A stretch of DNA of 62,756 bases, filler included, from Hausera hauseri (lineage: Eukaryota), in NCBI GenBank assembly GCA_046269625.1. It is 13 parts of 13 records of this genome, joined end to end, with 100 filler letters (N's around TTAATTAATTAA, not from the genome) between each part and the next. Parts side by side here need not be neighbours in the genome. Positions count along the whole stretch, not along the records: positions 35,102 to 39,866 come from JBJURY010444244.1; positions 39,967 to 43,928 come from JBJURY010855856.1; positions 44,029 to 48,597 come from JBJURY010524014.1; positions 48,698 to 53,691 come from JBJURY010367482.1; 9 more parts are not named here. One strand, 5' to 3'. Both the position numbers and the translations under genes were made by a program. Position 1 is the first letter of the stretch, and each line of letters opens with the position of its first letter. The notes beneath the pieces were generated by a model, which had not been told where the DNA came from, searched no databases, and saw only the letters and a list, made by a program, of their open reading frames with translations. Positions 38,601 to 49,800 of this stretch are shown piece after piece.

Positions 38601-39866
38601 NNNNNNNNNNNNNNNNNNNNNNNNNNNNNNNNNNNNNNNNNNNNNNNNNNNNNNNNNNNNNNNNNNNNNNNNCCTTTGTTACATCGTTCGTTCTTTCGTT
38701 CGTTCCTTCTTTCTTTCGTTCGTTCTTTTGTTCGTTCCTTCTTTCTTTCCTTCGTTCGTTCCTTCGTTCGTTCCTTCCTTCGTGCCTTCCTTCGTGCCTT
38801 CCTTCGTTCCTTCGGTCCTTCGTTCCTTCGTTCCTACTTTCCTTCCTTCCTTCGCTCCTTCGTTCTTTCCTTCCGTCTTTCGTCCGATCCTTCGTTTTTT
38901 TCTTTTGTTCTATCGTTCGTTCCTTCGTCCCTTCGTTCGTTCGTTCTCTCGTTCGTTCGTTCGTTCGTTCGTTCGTTCGTTCGTTCGTTCGTTCGGTCGT
39001 TCGTTCTTTTTTTCGTTCCTTCGTCCGTTCGTTCGTTCCTTTCTTCCTTCCTTCCTTCTTTCATTTGTTTGTCCGTTCGTTCCTTCGTTCTTCCTTTCTT
39101 TCGTTCGTTTGTCGATCGTTCGTTCGTTCCTTCTTTTTTTCGTTCTTCCGTTCTTTCATTACTTCTTTCCTTCCTTTCTTCCTTCGTTCTTTCGTTCGTT
39201 CGTTCGATCGTTCGTTCGTTCCTTCTTTCCTTTGTTCTTCCGCTCTTTAATTACTTTTTTCCTTCCTTTCTTCCTTCCTTCGTTCTTTCGTTCCTTCGTT
39301 CGTTCGTTCATTCGTTCGTTCGTTCGTTTGTTCGTTAATTCGTTCATTCGTTGATTCGTTTTTCCGTTCCTTCCATTCTTCTTTCATTCGTTCCTTCGTT
39401 CGTTTGTTCGCTCGTTCGTTCGTTTGTTCGTTCGTTCTTTCTTTCGTTCCTTCGTTCGTTCGTTCCTTCCTTCCTTCCTTCCTTTCTTCCTTCCTTCCTT
39501 CGTTCTTTCTTTCCTTTTTTCGTTCGTTCCTTCGTTCCATGGTTCCTTCCTTCCTTTCTTCCTTCTTTCGTTCGTTCGTTTGATCTTTTGTTCGTTCGTT
39601 CCTTCGTTCGATCATTTGTTCTTTCGTTCGTTCCTTCATTCCTTCTTTCCTTCGTTCGTTCGTTTGTTCCTTCCTTCCTTCCTTCGTTCTCTCTTTCCTT
39701 CCTTCGTTCCTGCGTTCGTTCGTTCGTTCTTTCGTTCGTTCGTTCGTTCGTTCGTTCGTTTGTTCGTTCGTTTGTTCGTTCGTTCGTTTGTTCCTTCGTT
39801 CGTTCGTTCGTTCGTTCGTTCGTTCGTTCGTTCGTTCGTTCGTTCGTTCGTTCGTTCGTTCGTTCG
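35700..39866. repeat. About 4.2-kb compound TTCG/TTCC/TTCT tetranucleotide microsatellite
   Basis: Seen directly; becomes pure (TTCG)n at the right end. Confidence 0.98.
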
Positions 39867-39966
39867 NNNNNNNNNNNNNNNNNNNNNNNNNNNNNNNNNN
39901 NNNNNNNNNNTTAATTAATTAANNNNNNNNNNNNNNNNNNNNNNNNNNNNNNNNNNNNNNNNNNNN

Positions 39967-42900
39967 TGTTGTCAGCTTGTGGGGTCATGTGACGTTGCGA
40001 GGTTGGTACCAGGAAATTAGGTCACGAGGGTCTTAAGGGTAAGTATTCTATAGGTAAAAGGGCCCTGTATATTTTAGGCGTAGTGTGTTGTTCTTAATTA
40101 TTGTTCTTTTTATGTGTAGTTAGGGGTTATGGGGCTCTGGTGTGTTGAGTAGTGGCACGTTATGGCTTTGTATTAGTAGACGATGTATATACCAGCATTC
40201 GTTTTGATGACGTCAGCGTCTTGATGTCGTAATTTCTTGAGTTACGTGCAGTAAGGGGTGAAGGGGCTGTGATGGTGACATTTCATTGTATCGGTAGCGT
40301 GTTTGGTATCGTCAGAGGCCGTGGGTAGTGGGTCAAGGAAGGGTCATATTTTGCTGTTAATGTCGCGATTCTCAAAGGGATTGGGCGTGGTGTAGGGCGG
40401 CTTCTTCGTGTTTAGGCACATGTAAGGGTGATGTTTTCTGATAAGGGCGTGTTTCTCAAGGACGCGGGCGGTGGCTTAGGTCGTCTTCTTCGTGCTTAGA
40501 GACAGGGAAGAGTGATATTTTCTGTTAAGGTCATGTTTCTCAAGTGTGACGACAGTGGTTCAGGTCGTCTACTTCATGCTTATGTGAGCCTGATGAGGCA
40601 TTTAAAGGCAGGCGGAAGTGTGCAGAACGGGATGCACAGTCATGTGACTACAACATTACAGCACTACAAGTCCGAGTCATCATCATCATCGTGTATCAGT
40701 GGTGGACGACTCGGACTTGTAGTGTTGTAGTGATAGCTGCATAGGGGAAATGTAGTGTTGTTTTGTGTCTTGGTAAAGTTGTAGTGATAGAGCAATGTGG
40801 TGTTGAAGAAAATGTTTTATTAATAATCAACATCATTAGGTGTCTTTGGTCGGAAGGTTAACAGAAGTTCGCTGATTGGGGACATGTAGTTGGTTGTTTT
40901 TGTGTCTTGTTGTATCTTTGTAAAGTTGGACTTGTATTGGGGAAATGTTGTTTGTTCTCTCAGTCAACACTATCGTGTGTCATGGTAAAGTTGTAGTGAC
41001 AGCTGTATAGGGGAAATGCATCTTGGTAAAGTTGTAGTGATAGGGAAATGTAGTGTTGGGGACATGTTCCTTGGTAAAGTTGTAGTGATAGGGAAATGTT
41101 GTTACTTGTTGTGCTTTGTGTTTTGTTGTTCATGTATCTTGGTAGAGTTGTCGTGGCATGCAAATGTTTTATTAGTAATCATCATGACGTGCCGTTGTCG
41201 TGTAAGGTAGAATTGTGTCCGTTAAGAAGCAGACTTCATGTCCGTATGTTGTCCGTATAGTGCGGACGGCTTGCCCTTATAGTGGAAAATGTTTCCCTTT
41301 ATACTGCATAATTGGTATATGTAAACAACGAACGTGTCGGCCTTAAATTGGAAAATGTATCCCTTTAACAACAGGCGAGTTGGACTTATAGTGGAAAATG
41401 TATCCCTTTAACAACGGCCTGTATGCCCGTGTTATATGAACGACGTGTCCGTATAGTACGAACGACGTGCCCTTATAGTGTAAACTTTATCCTGTTAAGA
41501 AATGGGCGTGTTCGTGTAAGGCAGACTTGTCGTGCCCAAAATCCTTTCCGTGTGGTAAAGATTACGAGACAAACAGGTCAAATGTTTGTTTTGTACAAGC
41601 CTCGGGCGGCCTTGGTTGTCGTTAACGAATGGGTCGTCAAGATAAGTCATGACAAAAATCTTTTCCTCATTTTAAAGATCACGAGACAAACTTCGTGTTT
41701 GTATAGTGCCGATAAGGAATGTCGGAAAGCCCTTGTCGGGTCTCGATCATGATATTTCATTGGTGTGTTGCTTACCGACATTGGTTTTAGGGTCGACACA
41801 AAAAAGTTAATGGTTACCTCGGAAAAGGTTGGTCCGTAGCAAACGAGTTACTGTTAGTTTGAAAGGTCGGTTACATAAATGTTAAAAGACGTGTTTTGGT
41901 TGAGCAACAGCGAACAATGGAAGGTTTTGTACGCGTCCGAACATTGGGTTGTTGGTTAGACAAATGTTAAAATGCGTGTTTTGCTTGAACGCTTCGCTGG
42001 CCAAAGGAAGCCTTTGTACACGGACGAACACTGGAATGTTGGTTAGACGAATGTTAAAATACGTGTTTTGCTTGAGCGCTTTACTGGACAAAGGAAGCCT
42101 TTATCCCTTTGTATGGGGACGAGCATTGGAATGTTTCGCTGTTCTAATAAATGTCCTTTGTTAAGGGTCAGGGGCGTGTTGGTCGTATAGTGTAGTTTTG
42201 GTTGTCGGACTGTTCTGCTGTTGTCGGATAAGTTTGGTAAAATTTCTGTGTTTTGGTTCGTCTTTCGACCCGATTAAAATGTGAAAATGTTGGTAGATTT
42301 TTACTTTGGGAAAAATACGCATGCTCTGTTAGACTAAGCATACAACGTTAAGTTGCATGTGACAACTAAAAAATGTGTCCTTTAATGTCCCTAAACACGA
42401 CCTAAACCACCTCCCGCATCCTTCAGAAACGCGACCTTAACAGAAAATACCCCATTTACATGTCCCGACCTGTCCCTAAGCACGAAAAAGTCGACCTAAA
42501 CCACTGCCAGCACGCTTGAGAAACACGCCCTTAACAGCAAAAATGCGCCCCTTACACACAGAAGACCCCTTAAACCACACCCGCACATTTGAGAAACGCA
42601 ACCTTAACAGTAAAAATGTGCCCCTAAGCACGAAGAAGACCCCTTAAACCACCGCCCGCAGCCGTAAGAAACACATCCATAACAGAAAATATCCCACTTA
42701 CGTATCCCTAAACACGACCTAAACCACCGCCCGCAGCCGTATGAAACGCGACCTTAAGAGAAAATACCCCACTTACATGTCCCTAAACACGAAAAAACCG
42801 TCCTAAACCATACACGTTATCTACTCTCTCCTATGCTAACTACTCGAGTACACTTCAGTGGCCATCTTGATTACACTCGCCGCCTCTGGCTTTGACGTCA

Positions 42901-43928
42901 CATGATCCCGTTTCCTGTTCCACTCTCTTCTGCTTGACTTTGCCACGTGGACCATTAATTCACCATCTTGATTTCACTTGACTTTGTCCACCTTCTGCTG
43001 TCACATGACTCTGTATCCCGTTCCGCACTCTTCCGCCTGCCTTTGACCACAAAAATATGACCACTGAATGCCTCATCAGGCTCACATAAGCATGAAGTAG
43101 ACGACCTAAACCACTGCCATCACACTTGAGAAACATGACCTTAACAGAAAAAATGGGTCCTTTTAATGATCGACATCGCCCTAAACACGAAGTAGACGTC
43201 CTAAACCACAGCCCACCAACGTAAGAAACACGTCCTTAACAGAAAATATCACTCTTCCATGTCCCTTAACATGAAGAAGATCTCCTAAACCACCGCCCGC
43301 AGCCGTAAGAAACTCACCCTTAACCGAAAATATCGCCCTTCCATGTTCCGACCTGTCCCCAAACACGAAGAAACCGACCTAAACCACAACCAGCCCACTT
43401 GAGAAACAGAAAATATCACCCTTACATGTCCCTAAACACGCAGTCGACCTTTTTAAACCACGCCCGCAACCGTAAGAAACCCGCCCTTAACAGAAAATAT
43501 GCACCCCTTCCATGTCCCTAAACACAAAGAAGAAGCCCTACACTACTGCCAGCACACTTGAGAACCGTGACATTAACAGCAAAATATGACCCTTCCTTGA
43601 CCCACTACCCGTATACGACACGACCCATGATGATACATAGACCTAACACACTACAATCCCCGATACAAAGAAACGGTACCACCACAACTACATTCACTCC
43701 TTACTGCACGTAACTAAAGAAATTATGACATCAAGATGCTGACTTCATCGAAAAGAATGGTGATATAAACATCATCTACTACTACAAAGACATAATACGT
43801 GACTAGGCAACACACCAGAGCCCCATCACCCCTAACTAACTAACTAATCACCAAAAGAATGATGATAATAAAGAAGAAGAACACGTCTAAATATGTGTCC
43901 TATATAACTTATCAAAGAACACACCAGA
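39967..43928. repeat. Non-coding block with large imperfect inverted arms (about 40100-40650 vs 43000-43840) and about 70-85-bp tandem subrepeats; probable Maverick-type TIR material
   Basis: 40541-40650 is the reverse complement of about 43000-43150, and 40121-40260 of about 43700-43840. The unit CCCTAAACACGAAGAAGAC.CCTAAACCACCGCCCGCA...AGAAAC...CCTTAACAGAAAATA repeats at 42385-42810 and 43090-43590. Confidence 0.8.
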
Positions 43929-44028
43929 NNNNNNNNNNNNNNNNNNNNNNNNNNNNNNNNNNNNNNNNNNNNTTAATTAATTAANNNNNNNNNNNNNNNN
44001 NNNNNNNNNNNNNNNNNNNNNNNNNNNN

Positions 44029-45125
44029 ACCTGAATCCATGCAGACATTAAGGACACCATTTACACCGTATACGCTTTCTGATGAACTAGTCATGTTCCA
44101 TGTTTAACAGTTGGTCCAAAATTGTCATGGATATGTAATGGAAATTTTCCCCAACCTTTTTCTCTAACAGCAACAAATTTATTGGTCGTCCATTCCGGTT
44201 CGGACTTCTATAGATTACGTCCACATATGGGTTCTTGTAAATCTCTTTGTGTGCTGGTATTTCTACGATTGTGTTTTACCGGAACACCTTAATTGACAAT
44301 GTTCGGTTACGCTGCACAAAAGTCGGAATGGTTTTCAATTTCATCGGCATCTAACATTCATCAAAGTCCAGTTCGGAAAAATACTGCCGATACTGATTTG
44401 GACGACATGCATTATGTCTATCCACTTGGTCATATTTTAACACGGCCAGAATACTTTAAATGAAACAGTATTCGTCGTCAGTATTTTTTGCATTTACTAC
44501 CGTATAAGAGTGCTTTAGAGCTGCACGTGTCGGTATGAATGATCGTCCGGACAGTTAAATTACATCACTCGACTTTGTTATGATAAAGCCAAGAGTGACA
44601 ATTTTTATACTTCGCCATACACTACCCTTTTTGTTGTAGTTGGCGATTCTTTCATCGAGCTATTCACTTACACCGGCAATAAAATCGTCGGAATATGGTT
44701 TGGCTCGATGTGATAAGTACCATTGTTTCCTGTCACCCTGAAGATTTTCAAATTCTGCAAGTGTATACATCGTACTTTGCAGTGGTGTTGGTAAAATTTT
44801 CTCACTTCTAATTTCAACGGCCTGCGCACACTAGACGAAACATGCTTTAGCTGTAGTGATGTTGTCCCCGATATGTTTACTTTCACGTCCACATATGATT
44901 TGTTTAGATCGCACTTGACAGTTATGGAAGGTTCCTTCTGCTGCTGCGGCTGCTGTTCGGTACTATTGTGGATGCACTCGTCAAGACTTTTTATACTTGA
45001 TGTTTGCTGCCTGTTAAGAAGATACTGGTTTTTCTTGTCGACATTACTATTTTCTTCTTGGACTGCTGAAACTGGTTCAAGTGGTTTTTGTGTGTGTTGT
45101 AGAATTGTTTATATTTGATTTCATT
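44029..45125 (-). mobile_element. N-terminal part of Maverick pPolB, inverted relative to the rest of the gene
   Basis: Minus strand reads SFIPT...VVNAKNTDDEYCFI.SILAVL and C..CLHGF. Confidence 0.75.
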
Positions 45126-45134
45126 AACTAGAGA

Positions 45135-46870
45135 AAAACATGTTCCAATCGCCGTCGGTATGTTGGTTGTCCTAATAAAATCCGCACGTCAACTGCAATA
45201 CTATGTTTTTTCATGGTTGAAACTGCGTACACGAATTCCTGCATCAGTTGGAAACAATAGTAGAAACGGAAATCTTACCGTGGTACAATAGAAATAGCAA
45301 TAAACCTTTGTTGTGAACAGATGAATATGAACGCCTGACGTTTGCAGCCACCAATGAATGTTACCTGTGCCACAAAATATTACCTTTCCATGCACTGAAA
45401 CGGCTCGTACCGGATCATGGTCATTTTACCGGTCGACATCTCGGAGCAGCATGTAATTCATGCAATTTGGCAAGGCGTGTGCGGCCATTCCTGCCGGTGA
45501 TTTTTCATAATTTCCGGAGTTATGATTGTCATCATATTTTAAAATGGGACATAAACGGATTTCCTCAATGGAAACTATCCAGAATTCCGATTAAGATGGC
45601 GAAATACCTGTCACTGTCTGCTCGTATAATCGGTTCCAGGTACGTTTTCTCAATTCTTTGCAATTTCTCAATGAGTCTCTGGCAAAGCAGGTGAATGTCT
45701 TGCCAGATGTGTCGCTAGCATTGACTCAGTTCTCCACACATATTACACGTAGCATAGGCATATTCCCGTATAACTTTGCAATATTGTACGAGCGGCTCCA
45801 GACAACAGACGAATTACCACCGCAATGAACCGGTATCACAGAAGAAGAATATTATAAAGCACAGTCGTTTTGGCAGAGCTCGGCTGTAGAAACCTATTAA
45901 AGTATATGCTTCAATATCTTAAACTGAATGTGTACCTGTTAGCCGATGTGTATCAAGTGTTTTGAGCAAAAGCCTTGACAGAAGATAGGCTGAAGCTAGT
46001 CAAATTTTACTCAATAGCCGTAATAAGTCTGGCATCAGCTCTAATATCACTGGATTGAGACATTGAGCTGCTGCAAGGCCCAGAAATGTACCGGCTGTTT
46101 GATTTTGTTATTCGCGGTAGCATGACATCTGTTAACATGCATCAGGTCAGTGCTACCGCCTATACCACATCACTGCTGTATATTGAAATTAATAACCCGT
46201 ACGGCTGGGCGCTTTCGCAACCCTTGCCGTACGGTTCATTCGAATGGGTAGTTGATAGACAAGATCTGGACGACGTAATGGTCAACCTACCAAGAGCATA
46301 CATGGCCGGCTCAGTCGAATACCTGATGGAGGTCGATCTCGTGGACAATTTACCGGTCGCACCATTTAACCAATGTCCGCCGGGCTTGAAGATGAAGAAA
46401 CTGCTTATGACGCATGAACCGAAGCTGAATTACGTAGTCCATTGGCGTCTGTTGCAATTTTACATGCAGTTGGGTGTACGCATCACACGGTTACATCGCG
46501 CAATTCGATTTGCTCAAGCTCCCATATTCAAGGCGCACATAGATGGAAATATGGAAAATCGAGCCGCAGCTTGTACAGAGTTCGAAAAGGACTAACACAA
46601 ACTGAAAAACAATTCCCTATAAGAAAAAACAATAGAAAATTTGATAAAGCGGCTCAATGTACGCCTATGCAATACCGAAAAGCCGTTGGTCACGTACACG
46701 AGCAAGACATAGTTCAGGCGGTCAATACACATTGCAGATGGATTGGTTACCATGCTTTTAAACAGAGAAGGAGTCATACTGGACCGGCCAAGTTATATAG
46801 GACAAGTGGTACTGGATCTGAGCAAGTTGCGAATGTATAAGCTGAGGTGTCGCGATTTGAAATATGATGC
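45135..46870 (+). mobile_element. Maverick pPolB pseudogene, central and C-terminal part (family B)
   Basis: CYLCH, HFTGRHLGAACNSCNL, FHNFRSYDCHHI, GIFPY, IEINNPYGWALSQPLP, NYVVHWRLLQ, KLKNNSL, RPSYIGQVVLDLSKLRMY. Confidence 0.9.
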
Positions 46871-47081
46871 ATGTAAAATCCGATGGACAGTTGAGGACAT
46901 ACTGCCTCGGCTTCCATTGATTAAAAGGTTGTGCGTTAATGTCACACTCGGTAACATGTCCGCGATTGTTGATATTAGCTAACATTATGGAAACAGTGTT
47001 TATACTATAACTATTTATATGCGTGTAACACGATTATAAACAAATAATGTGGTTAAAAAACGTTTTATTAATATTATTTAT

Positions 47082-47735
47082 ATGAAGCTGCAGAATAATG
47101 CCATTTTCCAGATTGTAGGCCCCAGTGGAAGTGGTAAAACACACTTTGTGTAAACTATTGCAGAATTACCGTGACATGTTCCATTCAACGCCGTACAATC
47201 ACATTTACTGGCATCAGAGTGTTGATGATGATGGTAAGTCCGGTTTGGCACATCGGGAATTTTTTAAATTAAAATCGATAAGAGTAATTATCGGTTTGAT
47301 TAGAACTTGTCTGAGAAATTACGCAACTGTGAGGATATTGTCATAGACGATTTATTTGAGGAAACTGCGAAACAATCAGATTTCAACAACCTGTTCACGA
47401 AAATTGCATGACACCGTGATGTGACAGTTATTTTCATTACACAAAACATGGTCCATCAGTGCGGACAGCATCGAACAAGAAATTTAAACTTACACTATTT
47501 TGTGTTGTTCAAAAATCCCCGTGATCAGCCTATTATTGATTATGTTGCACGACAAGTATTTCCTCACAACCGAGCCTACTTGATAAATGCATGTCATGAT
47601 GCTAGGATCGAGCCACACGGATACTTGTTCATCAACTTTACACAACAGTGTCCCGATGACATGCGTGTAACAAGATACATTTTCAGTGAGAAAAATGTAT
47701 GTGTCCATAAACAAATTCGAAAATCGACGATATGA
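47082..47735 (+). pseudogene. Maverick packaging ATPase (FtsK/A32-like), frameshifted
   Basis: VGPSGSGKT Walker A, VIDDL Walker B, LFKNPRD, PHGYLFINF. Paralogous to 61177-61788. Confidence 0.9.
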
Positions 47736-47745
47736 TTGTGATAAA

Positions 47746-47916
47746 ATGAAAAATTTTCGAAAAACATTTGTTAAACATAAATTTACCAAGCGGATGTCGG
47801 GCAAGAAATGTGTATCAAAACGAACCGCTACAATCAAGCGATTAATCAATTCTGTGTTTCGAACCACAACAGCAGCAAATAGACGCAATTTACCGTCACA
47901 GTGGTCGCGATTATAA
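47746..47916 (+). CDS. Small basic Maverick protein
   Basis: MKNFRKTFVKHKFTKRMSGKKCVSKR. Same position and similar sequence in the second copy (about 60938-61116). Confidence 0.5.
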   Translation: MKNFRKTFVKHKFTKRMSGKKCVSKRTATIKRLINSVFRTTTAANRRNLPSQWSRL

Positions 47917-47956
47917 AGAACTACGTCACATCAAAATCAATACTTTTACAAAAAAC

Positions 47957-48280
47957 ATGCGATTCACACGTAGTCAACCGTACTTTATTGCTTTGCTCAA
48001 GGCACCTACGAGACATAAGCGAAACATGCGGCGATCATTCTCGCAATTTGTAGTAGACGATTTAATGGAAATTTTATACAATATCGTTGTGGGTCACGTT
48101 GAAATTAGTAGTGGAAAGCGGACTTTACTAAAGTATCGAAAACGACTCATTGGCCTTGCCAACGCTTGTAGTAAACGACTGAAACGAAGGGTCATGTACC
48201 AGCAAGACGGAGGATTCCTTGGTGCAATTCTACCGATTGTCACGTCATTGCTGGATGGACTCGTTGGTGGAACAGTTTAG
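47957..48280 (+). CDS. Maverick/adintovirus small basic protein with C-terminal QxGGFL amphipathic motif
   Basis: EILYNIVVGHV...KYRKRL..LA...QQDGGFLGAILPIV. Intact and closely similar to 60551-60877. Confidence 0.8.
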   Translation: MRFTRSQPYFIALLKAPTRHKRNMRRSFSQFVVDDLMEILYNIVVGHVEISSGKRTLLKYRKRLIGLANACSKRLKRRVMYQQDGGFLGAILPIVTSLLDGLVGGTV

Positions 48281-48420
48281 TATAAACAACGACGGTAAGT
48301 ATATAGTGATTTGCGATATGAGTGTATGGTTTTCATCTTTCTGTCTCACTTTACCGAACCTTCCATTTAAGTTTCGTTCAAATTGTTGTAATTCAAGCAA
48401 ATCTGAAGCCATCGACAACG

Positions 48421-48597
48421 ATGGGAGACGTGTGGTTCGATCCGCGTCATCCCGTCTGGTACACTGGCGTTGAAAAACTGGCAAAGTCTGTCAAACAGAC
48501 TCGCAAGAGACCCAACGTTAGCTCGGGAAACAGTTAGCATACAGCCTAAACAAACCGATAAGAAGGCGGTTTCCAACTCGTGCATACCGTGCTGCCG
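48421..48597 (+). pseudogene. Maverick retroviral-like integrase, 5' part
   Basis: WFDPRHPVWYTGVEKL...QLAYSLNKPIRRRFPTR. Cut by the contig end. Confidence 0.8.
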
Positions 48598-48697
48598 NNN
48601 NNNNNNNNNNNNNNNNNNNNNNNNNNNNNNNNNNNNNNNNNTTAATTAATTAANNNNNNNNNNNNNNNNNNNNNNNNNNNNNNNNNNNNNNNNNNNN

Positions 48698-49790
48698 ATC
48701 CAATTGTGTGTGGTATGTTCATCGTGATTTGTTAGTGTGTTTTAGTCCATCTTCCGTCGTTGAGGTTAAAGGCTGAATAGAAGTCTTTGTAACATAGTGC
48801 AAAGCCAATTTCAGTAAATAGTAATAGTTTTCGGGTGATAGGGTCCACAAATCCGGTTTTGGTTATGTTTTCATCGTTGTAATAAACCATTAATTCGTTT
48901 GTGCAATTTTCTCCTGGAGATGTTACTAACGTTACCTCTATTGGTGGGCATTAGTACACATGGAGTATTTCGCCTTGTACTCTACCAAATATTCCAGGGC
49001 GATATCCCATAATTATGACAATATATTCTGGAAATTTGCTAGCTAGCATTAAGTCATGTTGGTTCAATTTTTGAGTGATTTTGCAATCTCTCAGTACCAT
49101 CATATTATATAATTCGACCAAATCCATTTTTTGAGGTGTGATAGATATAATCTATCTTGTTATTTGTATATAGATACCACTTTACATCTTCGGTTGGTAA
49201 CTTTCCTGTATTTGCAAGAGATTCTTGGCGGTTAAGTTTAATTTTGTACTCTAATCGTAGGTTGATTAATCGTTGGGGTAAAGTACCTTCTCTCATTCAT
49301 TGATTACTTGGTAAATTAAAATTCTGGTCTACATTAAACGTACCGAAGATATCTGTTTCCTTTAATTGTATTTGCACAAATAACCATGATAATTCAATTC
49401 ATACAATAATTTTTCCACAGAGCAATTTTCTGAGATTCTCAGCGCGTTTCTCCTTTTCTAGGTGTATATTTTCTAACTCAACTATCAAGTCGCCTTCGGT
49501 ATTCTCTATTCTTATTCGGTCGATTTCTGATTCCTGCTTGTCTTCTCTAGTTTTCGCTATTGTTACGAAAGTCAATAATAAGTTCTTAATTTCCTTTCGT
49601 TCTGGCCATAACATACGGGAGCGTATTATTTTGATTGCCTGGTACTTTTCGTTCCGTTTGATCCAGGTAATTTCTTTTTATAAAGGGTCTTTCTAGATTA
49701 GACATGTTGCATGATGGTTTGGATATGATGTATTGGTGTTCCATTATTGGTTTAGCCACTAATAATCATGTAAAGTCTGATTTGGTTTGC
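48698..49790 (-). pseudogene. Chuvirus-G / herpes gB-like (class III) envelope glycoprotein fragment
   Basis: YTNNKIDYIYH...DCKITQKLNQHDLMLASKFPEY...MGYRPGIFGRVQGEILHVY*CPPIEV...NCTNELMVYYN...FVDPITRKL matches the chuviral G pattern 'YVNSK...C...L.LA...P...PGY....GEV.H...C.PVEV...C..ELPV.YN...F..P.TRIL'. Confidence 0.75.
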
Positions 49791-49800
49791 TCGTTAAAAG

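Noticed and set aside
35616-39918. Many long ORFs (up to 536 aa; RSFV/PSF and ERTNE repeats)
   Set aside because: Translations of the stop-poor microsatellite in all frames, not genes.
42385-43530. CCCTAAA motifs as telomeric repeats
   Set aside because: They occur singly within longer tandem units, not as a telomeric array.
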